A stretch of 64,000 nucleotides of DNA from Trueperaceae bacterium (GCA_965213705.1 OZ243913.1:1792001-1856000); one strand, 5' to 3'. Positions 31,129 through 40,733 are shown, counted from the stretch's first letter. Translations and numbers: made by a program. Notes: generated from the letters alone by a model not told the origin.

Positions 31129-32055
31129 GTGTCACAAAAAATCGTTTCGTTGGGCGAAGTCCTGGTCGAGGTCATGCGACCCGAGCGCGGCCAGCCGCTG
31201 AACCGGCCCGGAACGTTTCGCGGCCCCTTCGCAAGCGGCGCGCCGCTGATTTTCGCCGCCGCCGCCGGGCGGCTCGGAGCCGAAACCCGGTTCGCGGGCG
31301 TGCGCGGTGACGACGCTTTCGGCGACTTGTGCGAACACCACCTGCAAGCCTGCGGCGTGACCCCGCACCTCCGCGTTGCCGGTACCCACGCGACCGGCGT
31401 CGCCTTTGTGGCCTACCAAAACGACGGCGACCGCGACTTTTTGTTTCACCTGCAGGCTTCGGCCGCAGCTTTGTTGGAGCCGGGCGACGTCACCGACGAG
31501 CTGGTTGCGGACGCCGCCTGGCTGCACGTCACCGGCTCCACCCTGGCCGTGTCGGCGTCGGCGCGTGCAGCTTGTGAACAAGCCGCCCAAAAGGCAAAAG
31601 CTCGAGGCGCGACCGTCTCCTTCGACCCCAACTTGCGTCCCCAACTTATGAACCCGACCGAAGTTCGGCGAGTTTGCGGCCCGGTGTTGGCGGCGGCCGA
31701 CGTGGTACTGCCGAGCGGGTCAGAGGCCGCGCTGCTCCTCGGGCTGGACGACGCGCGTCGGGCCTGCCGGGACTTGGCAGACAGGGGAAAAATCGTCGTG
31801 TTTAAGGACGGCGAACGCGGCTGCACGCTGTTCGAGGGCGAAAGTGAAACTCAGGTTGCCAGTATCCAAGTCGACGAGCGCGACCCCACCGGGGCGGGCG
31901 ACGCTTTCGCGGCGGGCCTGGCGGTGGCCCGCTTGCAAGGTAGAGGTTGGGCGGACGCCGCGCGCTTCGCCAACGTCGTCGGCGCGCTGTCCACCAGCCA
32001 ATTCGGCCCGGCCGAAGGCTTGCCGACTTTGCAGCAAGTCGAGGCGCACCTGTAG
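31129..32055 (+). CDS. PfkB family sugar kinase
   Basis: SLGEVLVE, GDDAFG, SFDPNLR, DPTGAGDAFAAG. Confidence 0.92.
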   Translation: MSQKIVSLGEVLVEVMRPERGQPLNRPGTFRGPFASGAPLIFAAAAGRLGAETRFAGVRGDDAFGDLCEHHLQACGVTPHLRVAGTHATGVAFVAYQNDGDRDFLFHLQASAAALLEPGDVTDELVADAAWLHVTGSTLAVSASARAACEQAAQKAKARGATVSFDPNLRPQLMNPTEVRRVCGPVLAAADVVLPSGSEAALLLGLDDARRACRDLADRGKIVVFKDGERGCTLFEGESETQVASIQVDERDPTGAGDAFAAGLAVARLQGRGWADAARFANVVGALSTSQFGPAEGLPTLQQVEAHL

Positions 32056-32102
32056 CTCGAGACTCACCAAGCCTCAACCGCATTCCGAGTTAAACTCGGG
32101 TC

Positions 32103-32453
32103 ATGCCCGTCTGGCTCAAGTACCTCCTGTCCGCCGGCCTCGTCGTCGTCATTTCCGAAGTCGCCAAGCGCAGCGACCGGGCGGGCGCGGTCGTCGGGGC
32201 CTTGCCGTGGCTCACGACGCTTGTCATGGTCTGGCTGTTCGTCGAGAAGCAAGGCGACGAAAAAATCGCCGACCACGCTTACTACACCTTTTGGTACGTG
32301 CTGCCCACGCTGCCGATGTTTTTGCTGATTCCTTACCTGCTCAAGCGGGGCCTCGGCTTTCCCGTGGTGTTGAGCGCTGCACTCGTTTTCACGGGCGTTC
32401 TTTTCGTCGTTTACGTGTGGGTCTTAAAGCGCTTCGGGCTCGAGCTCGTTTAG
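32103..32453 (+). CDS. Small membrane protein (DUF3147-like)
   Basis: ISEVAKRS..GA...ALP, TFWYVLPTLPMF. Confidence 0.7.
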   Translation: MPVWLKYLLSAGLVVVISEVAKRSDRAGAVVGALPWLTTLVMVWLFVEKQGDEKIADHAYYTFWYVLPTLPMFLLIPYLLKRGLGFPVVLSAALVFTGVLFVVYVWVLKRFGLELV

Positions 32454-32539
32454 AAACGCGTGCGGCTGCAACTCCGCGAGAACTTGCGCTTTTTTGTTCC
32501 GAACCGCCAAAAGCGTTCGCTTCGCTTAAAATTCGGAGT

Positions 32540-32989
32540 GTGAACCTCGAGGGCAAAAACGCAAAACTCCAGCTGAACATCGCAGGCTATGAGTTTCCAG
32601 GCTTGGAAAACGTGCCTTATGATTCCGATTGGCTCAACATCAGGATTCGCGTCGAACACCCGCGCGGTTCCTGGACGAGCACCGACCCGTCGCTGCTGAC
32701 TGACGAGGTTGAGCGGTTGATTGACTGGCTCGAGGCGGTTGCCGACGGTCAAAGCGTTGATGTTGAAACAAGTTTTCTCGAGCCGAACTTGAACTTCGTG
32801 CTGGTCGAGGGCGCAAAAAAGGTGCGTGTTTATTTCGAGCTGGAAAGTTGACCTTCCTGGGCGGCGGCAAGTTGGGCAGGTTTGGCAGACCTGTGGGTCG
32901 AGTTTGCCGTTGTTCCGGAGATGTTGCGAAGTGCGGCGGCGTCGCTGCGGTCACAGTTGAAAAGGTTTCCACCTCGAGCGGGCAACTGA
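32540..32989 (+). pseudogene. WapI-like immunity protein interrupted by in-frame TGA at 32849-32851
   Basis: GYEFP..YDSDWL..SW..TDPSLLT.EV..L..WL..F.EPNL.F; same frame continues PSWA..DLWVEF..SLRSQLKRFPPR to 32989. Confidence 0.6.
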
Positions 32990-33033
32990 GGGTTTTCACG
33001 CCGCTGAGCCGCTTCGTGTCTTACACTGGCCCC

Positions 33034-33705
33034 ATGACCTCCCCCAGAGCTTTTCTGTTCGACCTGGACGGCACCCTCGCCGACACCGACCCGCTGCACT
33101 TCGAGGCTTATCGAAATGTTTTCGAGGATTTGGGCGTTCCCATTGACCGCGACATCTACACGCGGCGCATGTCCGGGCGGCACAACCCGGACTTGCTCGC
33201 CGACTTTTTCCCCGAGCACACCGCCGAGCAGAACGTGCAAATCGCCGACGCCAAGGAACTCCGCTTTCGGGAACTGGCGACGACGTTTGTGCCCTTGCCG
33301 GGCGCGGCGGACTTTTTGGAGCGAGCAGCCGAGAGTGGCGCACGCCTTGCCCTCGTTACGAACGCGCCGCGCCCGAACGCCGAGCACATGCTGCGCTTGC
33401 TGAAGTTCGATAACAGTTTTGAAATCGTGGTTGTCGCGGGCGAGTTGGCGCGGCCCAAACCCGACCCGCTGCCTTATTTGCACGCGCTCGAGCGCTTAGG
33501 CGTCGCCCCGGAAAACGGTGTTGCTTTCGAAGACTCCTTGTCGGGTGTGCGCTCGGCGGTCGCCGCGGGGCTGTACACCGTCGGTGTAACGACGAGCGAG
33601 ACCAAGGAGCGGTTGCTGGAAGTCGGCGCGTCCGTCACCGCGGCGGACTTTCTCGAGCCGCAGGTTTTGGAGTTACTGAGTCGAGAAGTATGGAGTGCTC
33701 GGTGA
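33034..33705 (+). CDS. HAD family phosphatase (beta-PGM-like)
   Basis: FDLDGTLAD, LVTNA, KPDP, FEDSLSG. Confidence 0.9.
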   Translation: MTSPRAFLFDLDGTLADTDPLHFEAYRNVFEDLGVPIDRDIYTRRMSGRHNPDLLADFFPEHTAEQNVQIADAKELRFRELATTFVPLPGAADFLERAAESGARLALVTNAPRPNAEHMLRLLKFDNSFEIVVVAGELARPKPDPLPYLHALERLGVAPENGVAFEDSLSGVRSAVAAGLYTVGVTTSETKERLLEVGASVTAADFLEPQVLELLSREVWSAR

Positions 33706-33751
33706 AAAGTATCAGGTGAAAAGTACCAGCTAAAAAGTACCGGGTGAAAAG
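33701..33751 (+). repeat. Imperfect 14-bp tandem repeat (GGTGAAAAGTAYCR x ~3.6)
   Basis: GGTGAAAAGTATCA GGTGAAAAGTACCA GCTAAAAAGTACCG GGTGAAAAG. Confidence 0.7.
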
Positions 33752-33778
33752 CCATTCAAAGTTCTCAGCCGAGATTCG

Positions 33779-34171
33779 CTACCACAGTACCTCGACCTCG
33801 TAGCTGGCAAAGACCTCGTCGTTCGTCAGGACCGGCACGCGTTCATGCTGCGCTTGTGCGATGAGCATTCGGTCGAACGGGTCGCGGTGATGCAGCGGCA
33901 ATGCGCCCGCTCTCAGGGCGTGCTCCGGGATAATCGCCAGCACATTGGCCTGCAAGCGTTTCAAATAACCGGGGAAATTCTGGAGTACCCCGCTGGCACT
34001 GGTCAGTTTGCCAAGCTTGTGTTTGATGCTCAGCTCCCAAGCGCTGGCGCTACTCACCAGCACGACCGTCTCAGGGTCTTTGACAACTTCCAACGCCCTC
34101 GAACTGAGCTTGTACGGTTCCAGGAGGCTCCATAACAGCGCGTTGGTATCGAGCAAAACGGTTACTGCCAC
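33779..34171 (-). CDS. VapC/PIN toxin
   Basis: LLDTNALLW, SSASAWE, HHRDPFDRMLIAQA. Confidence 0.92.
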   Translation of the reverse strand: MAVTVLLDTNALLWSLLEPYKLSSRALEVVKDPETVVLVSSASAWELSIKHKLGKLTSASGVLQNFPGYLKRLQANVLAIIPEHALRAGALPLHHRDPFDRMLIAQAQHERVPVLTNDEVFASYEVEVLW

Positions 34172-34383
34172 ACGTCCAGTTCAGCGTCGGGTAGAGGCTC
34201 GAAAAAACTTTCAGGAACCGAACCCTCAACAAAGCCGAGTTCGCGCGCTTGCCGGGCTAGGGGCATGAGCCGCGCGTAGGGTTTGCCCGCTTTGGCAAGG
34301 ATGATTTCTTCGCCGTTCTTGACCCGCTCGAGCAGCCTGGAGAGGTGGGTTTTAGCTTCGTGGATGTTGACGATGGTCGCCAT
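34162..34383 (-). CDS. Phd/YefM family antitoxin
   Basis: VNIHEAKTHLSRLLERV..GEEIIL.KAGKP. Confidence 0.92.
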   Translation of the reverse strand: MATIVNIHEAKTHLSRLLERVKNGEEIILAKAGKPYARLMPLARQARELGFVEGSVPESFFEPLPDAELDVWQ

Positions 34384-34495
34384 TTCAACTCCTGACTTGC
34401 TCGACATTAATCCAACACAACTTAGTTCAACACAGTGTAGCAGAGCAGGAAGCGTACTCGACGAACAAAAATGTCATCAAGACTTGTGGAGCATC

Positions 34496-35461
34496 CTATA
34501 TTTGGAGCGGCTTCGCGTACATGTCCAACACCTCGTTCAGCTTTTCTATATTAGCGACGCCCTCGCCGTTCAACCAGTCCCGAAACGCCGCCTCGCCTTC
34601 TTTGGCATAAACGGGAATCCCGCCCTTCCAGGTAGCTCGGCCGCAGAGCACGCCGTTGTAGGGTACGCCCGCCTCGCCCGCGAACGTCAGCGCCTCGACG
34701 AACTGCGCCATGTCCACCCCGGCGGACAAGAAAATAAAGGGTTTGCCTGCAGCTTCAGCCAACGCGTGCAAGTGCTCGGCCGCCTCGCCTTGGGAATAGG
34801 CCGGGCGGTTGCCGTGCGCCGCCTCTAAGCCCTCGACGTATTTGGCGTCGACGGGCAGCTCGAGCTTGAGCACGTCCACGCGGTAGGCGTCTTTGGAGAA
34901 CTCTTTCGCGGTGGCGGTGACCATCTCAGGTTTGCGCCCCGCAAGCTCGGCCGGGTCTTTGACGGCGTCGTCGTAGGTGACGGGCTCGAGAAAAAAGGGC
35001 AACCCTTCCGCCTCGCACTCCGCGCCGACGCGCTCGGTAAAGGCGTGTTTTTGCTTTAAGATGTCCTCGTCATCGAATGGGTTGTAGTAAAGAAGTACCT
35101 TCACCGCGTTCGCGCCCGCTTCGGCGAGTCGCCGGACGCTCCAGCGCGGCAGCAAGTCGCCCAGACGGCCGGGGGTGTTCGTGTCGTAGCCGCTCGCTTC
35201 GTAAGCCAGAAGAAGCCCGGCGGTCTCGGCCCGCGCCTCGCTCGCCGGCAGCCCGTACGTCGGGTCGAGCAAAATCGCCGAGGCGTAAGGAGTGAGGGTT
35301 TCGGTGACGACGCGCTTAAAAACCACTAAATCTTCGTCGGTCGGGTCGCTGCCCGCGCTCTTCAGCGCTTTTTTGAGTGAGCCCCGCTGGTCCATCGCGG
35401 CGGCGGTGATGGTGCCTTTGGCGCTCAGGCAGGCTTTGAGGTTGGCGGCTTTGTCGGGCAT
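34496..35461 (-). CDS. lacD: Tagatose-1,6-bisphosphate aldolase (class I, LacD family)
   Basis: AAAMDQRGSL, SAILLDP.YG, LLAYEASGY, VDVLKLE, FIFLSAG, GVLCGRATW. Confidence 0.88.
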   Translation of the reverse strand: MPDKAANLKACLSAKGTITAAAMDQRGSLKKALKSAGSDPTDEDLVVFKRVVTETLTPYASAILLDPTYGLPASEARAETAGLLLAYEASGYDTNTPGRLGDLLPRWSVRRLAEAGANAVKVLLYYNPFDDEDILKQKHAFTERVGAECEAEGLPFFLEPVTYDDAVKDPAELAGRKPEMVTATAKEFSKDAYRVDVLKLELPVDAKYVEGLEAAHGNRPAYSQGEAAEHLHALAEAAGKPFIFLSAGVDMAQFVEALTFAGEAGVPYNGVLCGRATWKGGIPVYAKEGEAAFRDWLNGEGVANIEKLNEVLDMYAKPLQI

Positions 35462-35885
35462 AGGATTTCCTTTCAAGATTGAGGTCGGCGGGTGGGGCAG
35501 CGTCTCGAGCTAAGGGGCGGGAATTTCAAGGTCTTTGCAAACTTTTTTGACAAGCAAAATCGTTGGTTTCACGGTGTCTCGGCACTACGGAAGATGTCCC
35601 TGTAGAGCGGTTGACATACCGAAAGCGCCATGTCCTAAGTTTACCTCACCCGGCTGCGCGCACCCCACAGCGCCGCTTCCGAGCCCGGAACAGCCCAGGC
35701 CAAAGCGACCGTGGTGGCAGGAGCTGGGCGGCGCAGCACGTTTGCACAGCTCCGCAGACTGCAATCATGCCGACAGCGTTCCGACCCTGTTCTTGGGAAT
35801 GGACACGCCCTATCATCGTCAACCTTTTCAACCCTACCTACCAAACACAGCCCTGAAGTAGCTACCTACGTGCTAAAATAGCTTC

Positions 35886-36128
35886 ATGAAAAGAGTCGGT
35901 ATCCGCGAAGCAAAAAACACCCTTTCAGACCTTCTCGTTCAGGCCAAAAAAGCTCCCGTCCTTGTGACCAACCACGGCAAGCCGGACTCGGTGGTGATGA
36001 GCTTTGACCATTACCGGCAGCTCGCCGAACGCAAAACCGGTTTGGACCTGTTCGACGGGCTCGACTGGTCGGATGTCGAGCTGGAGGGCCACCCGACCTT
36101 CGAACCGCGCACCGTCACGTTCGACTGA
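35886..36128 (+). CDS. Phd/YefM family antitoxin
   Basis: IREAKNTLSDL..PVLVTNHGKP..VVMS. Confidence 0.88.
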   Translation: MKRVGIREAKNTLSDLLVQAKKAPVLVTNHGKPDSVVMSFDHYRQLAERKTGLDLFDGLDWSDVELEGHPTFEPRTVTFD

Positions 36129-36532
36129 TGTACCTGCTCGACACGAACGTCCTTTCGGACAGCCTCAAGCACCGCTACCCGGAGCTGGAAGCTTGGCTCG
36201 CGGGCCAAAACGCCGAAGACCTCTATATCAGCAGCATCAGTCTGGCGGAAATCGCTTACGGGGTTCACAGGTTGCCGGACGGAAAACGCAAGGCGGGACT
36301 GTTGACGGACCTACACCTCGTCCGCAGGCGGTTTGCCGAGCGCACCTTGGCGGTCGGTGGCGAGGTCGCGCTCGCTTACGGAGAGCACCAGGCCGCTCAG
36401 GTCGGCAAGGGGAGGAATGACAACCCCTTCGACTCGCTAATGATTGTCACGGCGAAAACGAACGACCTGATCGTCGCTACCCGGGATGTAAGCCACTACG
36501 AGGACCGGGGCGTGGGGGTCGTCAACCCTTAA
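36128..36532 (+). CDS. VapC/PIN toxin
   Basis: MYLLDTNVLS, SISLAEI, D.LM..TA, VATRD, VVNP; TGATG coupling. Confidence 0.9.
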   Translation: MYLLDTNVLSDSLKHRYPELEAWLAGQNAEDLYISSISLAEIAYGVHRLPDGKRKAGLLTDLHLVRRRFAERTLAVGGEVALAYGEHQAAQVGKGRNDNPFDSLMIVTAKTNDLIVATRDVSHYEDRGVGVVNP

Positions 36533-36619
36533 CGGCAGTGATTTAAGCGTACGGCCCCAGAGGACTTGATTTCCACATGATTATTCGTTTTGGCTACTCG
36601 CTCGAGCCCACTAAGCTAA

Positions 36620-36704
36620 TCCATGGTGAATTTGCAGAATGCTTAGTCGGCCTATCCGTACTCGCTCCACTCGGGTGAATTTGCAGGAGCAAATTCACCA
36701 TGGA
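36620..36704. repeat. 16-bp perfect inverted repeat with an internal third arm
   Basis: TCCATGGTGAATTTGC 36620-36635 / GCAAATTCACCATGGA 36689-36704; GGTGAATTTGC again at 36674-36684. Confidence 0.8.
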
Positions 36705-36723
36705 GATACTTAGAGGGTGTGGC

Positions 36724-37638
36724 TCACAGCGGCGTGGCGACAAAAGGTTTTACAGATGCCTTGGTGAAGGGCCGCCACACCGCTCGCCCGTTTTGCCACA
36801 GCGCGCGGCCACTCTCATGGCGTGCCAAACCAGAGAGCGCAACCTCGGCAAAAGCCCTAGCCAACAACCGGTCCCGCCCCGAAGGCCGCCCGCCGCGCTG
36901 CGCGCGGCCCAGTCGCGTGAAGCGGCTGCGGGTGTGGAGGGCGCTGGAGAGTCGGTCAACCACGCCGCCCACATCCGGGTAGCCTTCGGAGGCGACGACG
37001 AGGGCGTAGCGGTGGGTTTTGATGGCAGTCTCGAGCCCAGTAACAACATCACTTTCTTCAAGAGGTCGCTCCGGCACGAGCAGCGCGTCCGCACCCAGCG
37101 CGAGGGCGACGGCCTGCGCCAAAAAACCCGTGCTCCCGCCCAGGGTCTCGAGCGCGAACAGTCGCGGCAGCGACTCGGCGCTGTCACGTATGCCGTCGCC
37201 CAAAACGAGCGCGGTATTGAGCGCGGTGTCGAAACCGAGCGAGGCGTCCGAGTCAACTACGTCGTTGTCGATGGTGGCCGGAATAAAGGCGGTCGGTAAG
37301 TGAGCGCTCAACACGGCGGCGGCGAGCGCGGAGCCGTTGCCGCCCAGGATAACGAGCTTGGTTATTTTTTCGGACTCGAGCCGTTCCACCGCCCTACTCA
37401 AGTGTTTAGGAAAGTCCTCGAGCCGCGAAGTCCCGAGGGCGGTGCCGCCGCGCCGCGCCCAACTCAAGGTCAGAGCTTCGTCGAGCGGGAGGAGAGGGTG
37501 CTCGAGCAATCCTTTCAATCCCTCCTGCACACCTAAAACTTCCCAACCTTGGGCCCCTGCACCCTTGGTCAGCGCCCACAGCGCTGCGTTCATGCCCGGC
37601 GCGTCGCCGCCGGAGGTGAGGAGGGCGAGCTTTGTCAC
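36724..37638 (-). CDS. 6-phosphofructokinase family (PfkA-like, divergent)
   Basis: LTSGGDAPGMN, LGTSR, GGNGS, PATIDND, GFDTA, QRGG. Confidence 0.88.
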   Translation of the reverse strand: MTKLALLTSGGDAPGMNAALWALTKGAGAQGWEVLGVQEGLKGLLEHPLLPLDEALTLSWARRGGTALGTSRLEDFPKHLSRAVERLESEKITKLVILGGNGSALAAAVLSAHLPTAFIPATIDNDVVDSDASLGFDTALNTALVLGDGIRDSAESLPRLFALETLGGSTGFLAQAVALALGADALLVPERPLEESDVVTGLETAIKTHRYALVVASEGYPDVGGVVDRLSSALHTRSRFTRLGRAQRGGRPSGRDRLLARAFAEVALSGLARHESGRALWQNGRAVWRPFTKASVKPFVATPL

Positions 37639-37680
37639 AGCAGGGAATCTTTCCAGCCATTTTGTATGCGTCTCGAGGAG

Positions 37681-37784
37681 CCCCCCTTAACAAGGGGGGT
37701 TGGGGGGATTTGCTTCTGTAAGGCCACTGTAGAGGCTTTCAAAGAAGCAAACCTCCCCTAACCCCTCCTATTAGGAGGGGGATT
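37681..37784. repeat. ~104-bp composite palindromic dispersed repeat, copy 2
   Basis: Near-identical to 10177-10281. Confidence 0.9.
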
Positions 37785-37845
37785 AAAACCTTTTGCCACG
37801 CTTCCTGCACAGATATGCTGTCTTCGTTTGTAACTGCTAGGTCTT

Positions 37846-38586
37846 TCATGCCCCACCCATCATCAGCTTGACGACCTCGTCGTCATTCGTCTCGCTCGTT
37901 TGGCGCTCGCCCGCCTTGCGCCCGCGCTCCAAGACGACGATTCGGTCGCTCACCGCGAAAATGTCGCGCAGGTTGTGCGAGATAAAGATGATGCCGACGC
38001 CCTTCGCTTTCAGCCGCTCGATGAGCGCCATCACCTCGCGCTGCTCGGGAACGCCCAACGCGGCGGTCGGCTCGTCCATGATGAGGACTTTGGCCTGCCA
38101 GTAGACCGCGCGTGAAATGGCAATCGCCTGGCGCTGCCCACCGGAGAGGTCGCGCACCGGCATCGACAAGTTATGCACGACAATGCCCAAGTTGCGCAAC
38201 GCCGTCTCGGCCTCGCTCCGCATCCATTTTCGGTCCAAAACGGGCAACACGCCGAACAGTTTGCGCATCCGTTCGCGACCCAAAAAGAGGTTGATGCCCA
38301 CGTCCAGATTGTCCGCCAAGGCTAGGTCCTGATAGATCGTCTCGATGCCGAGTTCGCGTACCTCCTGCGGGTTTTTGCCGTTGATGGGCGCGCCGCGGTA
38401 CAGGACTTCGCCGCCGTCGGGCACGTGAACGCCCGAAATCATCTTGATAAGCGTCGATTTACCCGCCCCGTTGTCGCCCGCCAAGGCCAGCACTTCGCCG
38501 GGGTAGAGGTCCAGGGACACGTCTTTGTTGGCGTAAGTGCCGCCGAAGTGCTTGTTCAAGTTGCGAACCTGCAAAAGCGGTTCCAT
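37846..38586 (-). CDS. Monosaccharide ABC transporter ATP-binding protein
   Basis: GDNGAGKST, LSGGQRQ, IMDEPTAALG. Confidence 0.93.
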   Translation of the reverse strand: MEPLLQVRNLNKHFGGTYANKDVSLDLYPGEVLALAGDNGAGKSTLIKMISGVHVPDGGEVLYRGAPINGKNPQEVRELGIETIYQDLALADNLDVGINLFLGRERMRKLFGVLPVLDRKWMRSEAETALRNLGIVVHNLSMPVRDLSGGQRQAIAISRAVYWQAKVLIMDEPTAALGVPEQREVMALIERLKAKGVGIIFISHNLRDIFAVSDRIVVLERGRKAGERQTSETNDDEVVKLMMGGA

Positions 38587-39614
38587 CACGTTTCTCTCGT
38601 GAACTGCGTCAAGCGGTCTCGAGACTGGTCTATCAAGACCGCGACGATGATGACCAGGCCCACCGCTATAAACTGCCAGTAAGGGGGTACGTTGATAAAC
38701 ACGAGCCCGAACTGAATCACCGCGATAATGAGCGAGCCGATGACCGTGCCCGTCACCGTGCCGCTGCCGCCGGTCAGCGAGGCCCCGCCGATAAACACCG
38801 CCGCCACCGCGTAGAGCAAGGTCGGCTCGCCCGCGTCCGCCGCCCCGGCCGAAAAACGCCCCGTGTAAACGAGCCCCGCCACACCCGCCGTAAACGCGCT
38901 CAAGCTGTAAAGGATGAGGGTGTGCCGCTTCACGTTCACGCCCGCGCGCACCGCCGCCTGGTAGTTGCCGCCCATCGCGTAGGTGTAGAGCCCGAACTTC
39001 GTCGAGGACAGGACGTAGTGGCAGACGAGGGCGAGAATAGCCGCCGTCAACACCGGAATCGGCACGAGTTCGCCCAACACGCGGCCGTTGCCGAACTCGC
39101 GCGCGACCGGGTTGCGAATCGCTACCGTCGCGCCGCCCGCTATCAAAAACGCCATGCCCCGCGCGATGCCGAACATGCCGAGCGTGCCGATAAAGGACGG
39201 GACGTTGAGCCTCGAGATGAGCAGCCCGTTGACCAGTCCCGGCAACAGCGACATCAGCACGGCCGCCGAGACGCCCAACCCAAAGCTCAAGCCTGGGGGC
39301 AGGTCGGACGTCAAGCGAATCACGACCGCCATCGTCACCGCCGCCAAGCCGGTGACAAAACCGATGGACAGGTCGATGCCTGCCGAAATAATCACAAAGG
39401 TCAGCCCCAGCGCGAGTAGTAAAATCTGCGTCGCTGCCAACAAAATACTCTGCAGGTTGTACACGCGCCCCAAAAAGGTCGTCCCGTAAGACAACCGCGC
39501 CCACACCTCGAAAAAAATCAAAATAACAATTAAAAACAACCAAGACCACGCCCCCGCGACGGCGCGGAGGGCTTGAACGCGCCGTGTGGGAGGTGCCGTG
39601 TTCGCGCTGCTCAA
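38586..39614 (-). CDS. Monosaccharide ABC transporter permease (CUT2)
   Basis: GIDLSIG, PSFIGTLG, YAMGGN, IGGASLTGG.G. Confidence 0.93.
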   Translation of the reverse strand: MSSANTAPPTRRVQALRAVAGAWSWLFLIVILIFFEVWARLSYGTTFLGRVYNLQSILLAATQILLLALGLTFVIISAGIDLSIGFVTGLAAVTMAVVIRLTSDLPPGLSFGLGVSAAVLMSLLPGLVNGLLISRLNVPSFIGTLGMFGIARGMAFLIAGGATVAIRNPVAREFGNGRVLGELVPIPVLTAAILALVCHYVLSSTKFGLYTYAMGGNYQAAVRAGVNVKRHTLILYSLSAFTAGVAGLVYTGRFSAGAADAGEPTLLYAVAAVFIGGASLTGGSGTVTGTVIGSLIIAVIQFGLVFINVPPYWQFIAVGLVIIVAVLIDQSRDRLTQFTRET

Positions 39615-39635
39615 AAGAACTCCTTAAAAGACAGG

Positions 39636-39667
39636 CTCGAGGAAGCGGCTTGACCTGCTTCCTCGAG
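39636..39667 (-). other. Stem-loop between SBP and permease genes (probable mRNA stabiliser)
   Basis: CTCGAGGAAGCGG...CTGCTTCCTCGAG. Confidence 0.5.
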
Positions 39668-39746
39668 GTGAGACCCCCCGACCGTAGCTACGCTCGGCCG
39701 TCCCCCTGGGAGGGGGTTGGAGGGTCTGTGTATCGTCAGCCGGGGG

Positions 39747-40733
39747 TTACTCCGAGTAGATGAACTTCTGCACCTCGGGGTCGTTTAGGTTGTCCTGGTC
39801 GATGATGGTGAAGCCCGTGCCGATAAGGGGCGGCACCGACTGGCCGGTGAGGTAAGCGTAGGCGGTCATCACGCCGTAGTAACCGATTTCGGCCGGGTGC
39901 TGGGCGATGGCTAGGTCGACCAGGCCGCTGTCTATTTGGTCGATGATGGACTGTGGCGCGTCGAAGGCGACGACCGTGATGTCACCCGACATGCCCGCCG
40001 ACTCGACCCCGTTGGCCGCGCCGATGGCCGAGAAGAGGTTCGCGCCGAACACGCCCTTGAGGTTCGGGCTGCGCGCGAACACCGCTTGGAATTGGCTGGC
40101 CGCGGTCGAAGAGTCGTTTTCGTTGTACTGGGTTTCCAACACCTCGATGTTCGGGTAATTTTCGGCGAGTTCTTGCTTGAAGCCTTCTTCGCGCTGGTCG
40201 GTCGTCGAGATGCCGGGGCGCACGTTCGACACGTAGACCGCGCCTTCGCCGCCCATTTCTTCGGCCATCGCGCGCGCCGCGATGCGCCCGCCTGCGACGT
40301 TGTCCGAAGCTATATAGGAAAGCGGAAAGTCGCCGTCGCCCCCGCCGTCTTGGTACTGGCCGTCGTCGATAAAGGTGTCGACCGTGACGACGGGAATGCC
40401 TGCCTCGGACGCGCGGCGCAGCGGCTCGATGAGCTGCACGGTGTCGGTCGGCGCGATGAGAATGGCGTCGGGTTGCCGGGCGATGACCGCGTCCAGCACG
40501 GGCACTTGCAGCACCGGGTTGAACTCCTCGGCACCTTGAAAGTTCACGGTGATGCCCAGGGCTTCGGCGGCCGCTTGCGCGCCGCGGTTCATGGTGATGT
40601 AAAAGGCGTCGGTGGTGAGTCCGGGCACGAGGGTGATGGTGATGTCTTGAGGCGCGGTCTGCGCGTCTTGGGCAAGGGCCGATTGGGCAAAAGCGAGGCC
40701 GAAAACGGCCGTGAGGGCGAACAGGTAGCGCAT
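39747..40733 (-). CDS. Monosaccharide ABC substrate-binding protein (RbsB-like)
   Basis: Signal peptide; DAILIAP, GIPVVTVD, IASDN..GG, VVAFDA. Confidence 0.92.
   Translation of the reverse strand: MRYLFALTAVFGLAFAQSALAQDAQTAPQDITITLVPGLTTDAFYITMNRGAQAAAEALGITVNFQGAEEFNPVLQVPVLDAVIARQPDAILIAPTDTVQLIEPLRRASEAGIPVVTVDTFIDDGQYQDGGGDGDFPLSYIASDNVAGGRIAARAMAEEMGGEGAVYVSNVRPGISTTDQREEGFKQELAENYPNIEVLETQYNENDSSTAASQFQAVFARSPNLKGVFGANLFSAIGAANGVESAGMSGDITVVAFDAPQSIIDQIDSGLVDLAIAQHPAEIGYYGVMTAYAYLTGQSVPPLIGTGFTIIDQDNLNDPEVQKFIYSE

Noticed and set aside
32849..32851. Selenocysteine or genome-wide TGA recoding to explain the in-frame TGAs at 29917 and 32849
   Set aside because: Many intact genes end normally in TGA, neither position looks like a Cys site, and no SECIS was recognised.
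35535..35861. 108-aa ORF between lacD and the TA pair
   Set aside because: No RBS, no recognisable motif, and it overlaps probable promoter DNA; left uncalled.
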